Shown one piece after another: positions 26,629 through 29,490 of a DNA stretch of 29,490 bases; positions within the stretch are counted from its first letter, which is position 1, and the number at the start of each line of letters is the position of its first letter. Below the pieces are notes generated by a model, which did no database searches, was not told the DNA's origin, and saw only the letters and a list, made by a program, of their open reading frames with translations. Position numbers and translations under genes: made by a program. Source of the stretch: an uncultured Deinococcales bacterium (GTDB taxonomy: Bacteria; Deinococcota; Deinococci; Deinococcales; JAAFIG01); assembly GCA_964244895.1 (NCBI GenBank), contig CAXTKV010000044.1, forward strand, positions 1 through 29,490, read 5' to 3'.

Positions 26629-28125
26629 GTGGACATCGCGCTCGTCACTGAAGGTACGTACCCATTCCACTTGGGCGGCGTGGCCGTCTGGTGCGATCAA
26701 CTGATGCGCGGCCTGCCTCAGCACGCCTTCCAGGTGATCGCCATCGGCGGGGATGGATCGGAATCCGTGATCTGGGATGCGCCACCGAACCTGAGGGACG
26801 CGCAGAGCGTGTTTTTGTGGGGTCAGAAACTGGTGCGCAAACCCGCTACGGACGCGCTCGAGCGGCAATTTGCGGAATCGCACGCGATCTTCGCGCACGC
26901 CCTGATGCGACCGAGCAGCGGCGTCAAAGATTTCCTGGAGGCGCTGCGCGGGTTGCACGCCTACGCCCTGGAAGCGGACCTCGAGACCGCCATGACCTCG
27001 AACGCGTCGCTGGAACGGTTGAACACCGCCTGGCACGAGGCGCAGCGCGAGCGCCGCCGCGCCACGATCCGACCGCGCGATGCGCACGTCGAGATCAACC
27101 TGGCCGAGGTGCTGGCGGCCTCCAGGCTGATCGCGCACCTGCTGCGCCCGCTGTCCGCGCCTCCACCGCAGGTCAAGATCGTTCACGCCGTCTCGAACGG
27201 GCTGGCGGCCTTGCCCGCTTTCGCGGCCAAGTGGGCCTACGGCACGCCGTTCGTGCTGACCGAACACGGCGTGTACTTGCGCGAACGCTACCTGTCCTAC
27301 ACCGCCGCCACGTACCCGTATGCGGTGCGGGCGCTGGCGCTCAACTTTTACCGCCTGCTCTCGAGCGCCGCGTACCGGATGGCGGATCGGATCGTGCCGG
27401 GGTCGTTGTACAACCAGCGCTGGGAGCTGCGCGCCGGAACCGACCCATCGAAGGTTCGTACCGTCTACAACGGGATCGATCCGAGCGAATTTTATGAAAA
27501 CCGCACCGAGCCCGAGGAACCGACCATTTCCTGGTTGGGCCGGATCGATCCTTTGAAGGATCTCGAGACGCTTCTTCGCGCCTTCGCGTTGGTGCGCATG
27601 GAGATGCCGCGAGCCCGCTTGCGCCTGTTCGGTTCGGTACCCGCCGGGAACGAAGTGTACTTCGCGCGCTGCGAGGCGCTCCTCGAGGAACTGCGTCTCG
27701 AGGGTTCCGCGCGTTTTGAAGGTCGGGTCGAATTCTCTTTGGAGGCGTACCACGCGGGTCAGGTGTTCGTCATGACCAGCATCTCGGAGGGCTTCCCGTA
27801 CTCGCTGATCGAGGCCATGGCCTGCGGGTGCGCGGTCGTGGCGACCGACGTGGGCGGCGTCGGTGAAGCCATCCTCGACGCCGGGCTGATCGTGCCGCCC
27901 AGGGATCACGCGGCGGTCGCGCAAGCCTGCCTGACATTGCTGCGCGATGAAAACCTGCGGCGCAAGTTGGGCGCTGCCGGACGCACCCGCGTTCAGCAGC
28001 ATTTCACGCTCGAGAAATGCCTGGCGGCTTACCGCGAAATCTACGATGAGGCCGTCAGGGTCGAACCCTGGACGCTCGAGGTCGGCGTGGGTCGGGTGCG
28101 CCCGAGCCCCGCGCGCGTCGGATGA
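26629..28125 (+). CDS. pelF: GT4 glycosyltransferase, PelF-like (DUF3492 + Glycos_transf_1)
   Basis: TEGTYPFHLGGVAVW, LTEHGVYLRER, GRIDPLKD, SISEGFPYSLIEAM, TDVGGV; RBS GAGGA before GTG. Confidence 0.85.
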   Translation: MDIALVTEGTYPFHLGGVAVWCDQLMRGLPQHAFQVIAIGGDGSESVIWDAPPNLRDAQSVFLWGQKLVRKPATDALERQFAESHAIFAHALMRPSSGVKDFLEALRGLHAYALEADLETAMTSNASLERLNTAWHEAQRERRRATIRPRDAHVEINLAEVLAASRLIAHLLRPLSAPPPQVKIVHAVSNGLAALPAFAAKWAYGTPFVLTEHGVYLRERYLSYTAATYPYAVRALALNFYRLLSSAAYRMADRIVPGSLYNQRWELRAGTDPSKVRTVYNGIDPSEFYENRTEPEEPTISWLGRIDPLKDLETLLRAFALVRMEMPRARLRLFGSVPAGNEVYFARCEALLEELRLEGSARFEGRVEFSLEAYHAGQVFVMTSISEGFPYSLIEAMACGCAVVATDVGGVGEAILDAGLIVPPRDHAAVAQACLTLLRDENLRRKLGAAGRTRVQQHFTLEKCLAAYREIYDEAVRVEPWTLEVGVGRVRPSPARVG

Positions 28126-28247
28126 AGCCCGTTGCCCGAAATGGTGCGGCTGACGGTCGCCTGAATCCTCCAAAGAATCAGAAAAACACCGTCCAGAACG
28201 GTGTTTCCCTGTGCTGTCCCGGACGGTGTTTCGCGGTGGCGACGTGA
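28122..28247 (+). CDS. Bridging mini-ORF (41 aa) between pelF and the next gene
   Basis: MKPVARNGAADGRLNPPKNQKNTVQNGVSLCCPGRCFAVAT; ATGA overlap with the pelF stop and GTGA overlap with the next start at 28244. Confidence 0.35.
   Translation: MKPVARNGAADGRLNPPKNQKNTVQNGVSLCCPGRCFAVAT
28184..28231. repeat. Palindromic intergenic element, copy 13
   Basis: AAACACCGTCC...GGACGGTGTTT with an extra internal arm ACGGTGTTT. Confidence 0.82.
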
Positions 28248-29490
28248 GTCAGGCGCTCGAATTCGGCGCGGTGATCATCCGCGAACCGGGATACGAGATT
28301 TTCGAGGGGCTCAACCGGCGCTCCCTGCACCCGATCGACTCGATCTCGAGGCGGCTGGACTTCATCTGCACGACCGCCACGGATGCGCTTCAGATCGCGG
28401 CGGCGCTCGAGTCGGACGGTATCAACGACCGCATCGCCCGCGAGGAATACGGGTTTTCGGACGTGTTCGAGCTGGCCGAGGAGCTTTATCGCCGCGTGCC
28501 GTTGCGTCCACCGGACTACGTCCCGGTCACCTTTGAACCGCCCGTCCGATCCATCCTCAGGCTGACCAGGGGTTTGATGATCGCGCCCTTTTCAATGATG
28601 GTTCTCGCGCTGGCATCGACCTTTGGGGCGCGCCCGGTGGCGTTCGGGGTGATGGTCGCGCTGGCGGCGACCTGGATCTGGGGTCTGCTGGCTTTACCCC
28701 GAGATTCCGACCTGAGGGCGGGCGGGCGCGACGACGAGGCCAGACGGAATCTGTGGGTTTCGGCTGGCGCGGCGGTGTCGGCGGCGGTGCTGGCGGACGC
28801 CGCGCTGACGGTGATCACCGCTGGGCGGCTGGAATGGATCGCGGCGCAACTCGGGCTGAGCCTGCTGTTGATCTGTAGTTTGGTGCTGATCGCCCGAGCC
28901 AAAGAAGCTTGGCTTTGGCTGGCGCTCGCGTCGGGCGGTTTGATCGCGGCGCTCGGGCCCTCGGGTGGCTGGCCCGTCTGGATCGTACTGGCGGGCATGG
29001 TGGCCACGGTCGCGCTGACGCTCGGCGGGGCGTGGCTGGCGAGCGTCGAAGACGCGTACCTGTCCGTTGAACCCGACGCTGGATCGGCCAGACCGGACTG
29101 GCTCGCGGTGGCCGCCTTCGGGACGTTGTCGTTCGGGTTGTTCGGTCTTCTGCCCGGTTTGGCCTGGGGTCGCGGAGACGCGCGCGCGGGGTTCGCGGAC
29201 GCCTGCGCCCTCTTGCCGCTGCTGGTGGCGGCGGGTGGGCTCGAGTGGGGCATCGGACGGTTTCGCCGCTGGGCGGCCCGTTCGCTGACGAGGGCCAGCA
29301 GCCCGGCGGGTTTCGTCCGGCGGGTGCGTTGGGGTTTCTTGCTGCTGCTGGCGGGTCTGGCGGTGATTCTGGCGGGGTTGGCGCTGGTCGACCTGCGATT
29401 GTGCGCCCGAGCGGGCGACGGGCTGCTCGATTCGTCTCGAGACGCGAAGCTGCTGGCGGCCAACGCCGCGCTCGGTCTGGCGCTCGCCTC
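28244..29490 (+). CDS. Multi-pass membrane protein associated with the PelF-like gene (possible polysaccharide export), 3'-truncated; absent from the ORF track
   Basis: Hand translation from GTG 28244 is open to the window end: MSQALEFG...ALQIAAALESDGINDRIAREEYGFSDVFELAEELYRRVP followed by many hydrophobic helices. Confidence 0.8.
   Translation, partial: MSQALEFGAVIIREPGYEIFEGLNRRSLHPIDSISRRLDFICTTATDALQIAAALESDGINDRIAREEYGFSDVFELAEELYRRVPLRPPDYVPVTFEPPVRSILRLTRGLMIAPFSMMVLALASTFGARPVAFGVMVALAATWIWGLLALPRDSDLRAGGRDDEARRNLWVSAGAAVSAAVLADAALTVITAGRLEWIAAQLGLSLLLICSLVLIARAKEAWLWLALASGGLIAALGPSGGWPVWIVLAGMVATVALTLGGAWLASVEDAYLSVEPDAGSARPDWLAVAAFGTLSFGLFGLLPGLAWGRGDARAGFADACALLPLLVAAGGLEWGIGRFRRWAARSLTRASSPAGFVRRVRWGFLLLLAGLAVILAGLALVDLRLCARAGDGLLDSSRDAKLLAANAALGLALA

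Noticed and set aside
836..28231. Palindromic elements as a CRISPR array
   Set aside because: Copies are dispersed kilobases apart, degenerate, not separated by uniform spacers, and no cas genes are present
836..28231. Palindromic elements as integron attC sites (arms contain AAC...GTT)
   Set aside because: Ends do not match RYYYAAC/GTTRRRY, no consistent extrahelical bases, flanking genes are housekeeping and in both orientations, and there is no integrase
836..28231. Palindromic elements as ordinary intrinsic terminators
   Set aside because: No U-tract; many lie inside operons or between divergent genes; separate canonical terminators exist at 3341-3369 and 6228-6259
229..29441. CTCGAG abundance as a cloning or assembly artefact (XhoI sites)
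   Set aside because: Sites are embedded within intact conserved genes and within repeat arms without disrupting reading frames
28516..29463. 315-aa minus-strand ORF at the right end
   Set aside because: Antisense to the plus-strand membrane protein starting at 28244, which the track missed because it has no stop in the window

Overview
A 29.5-kb, high-GC chromosomal segment, most consistent with a Deinococcus-Thermus (Deinococcales-like) bacterium; this is inferred from several TANNNT -10 boxes sitting 6-7 nt before start codons and from gene content. Gene order: partial sensor histidine kinase; a three-gene DUF4097/SHOCT-like/DUF2089 operon; a class III nucleotide cyclase fused to a P-loop ATPase; a hypothetical protein; murA divergent from a small RHH-like regulator; a lipoprotein; an M3 oligoendopeptidase; a carbohydrate ABC transporter + dhaL-dhaK-dhaL + IclR operon with three operator-like palindromes; ispH; two VWA/BatA membrane proteins; a PelF-like glycosyltransferase and a partial membrane protein. 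No rRNA, tRNA, CRISPR array, transposase or integrase is visible. The most unusual signals are non-genic. (1) A 50-70 bp palindromic element (consensus GAACACCGTCCAGCACGC-N10-25-GCGTGCTGGACGGTGTTC) occurs in almost every intergenic gap: 13 full and 3 half copies. (2) At four intra-operon junctions carrying this element, the spacer is bridged by mini-ORFs that overlap the upstream stop and the downstream start by 4-nt NTGA overlaps, three of them flanked by identical 6-bp direct repeats. (3) The hexamer CTCGAG is strongly over-represented (about 125 copies by hand count). All family assignments come from motif recognition by eye; no searches were run.
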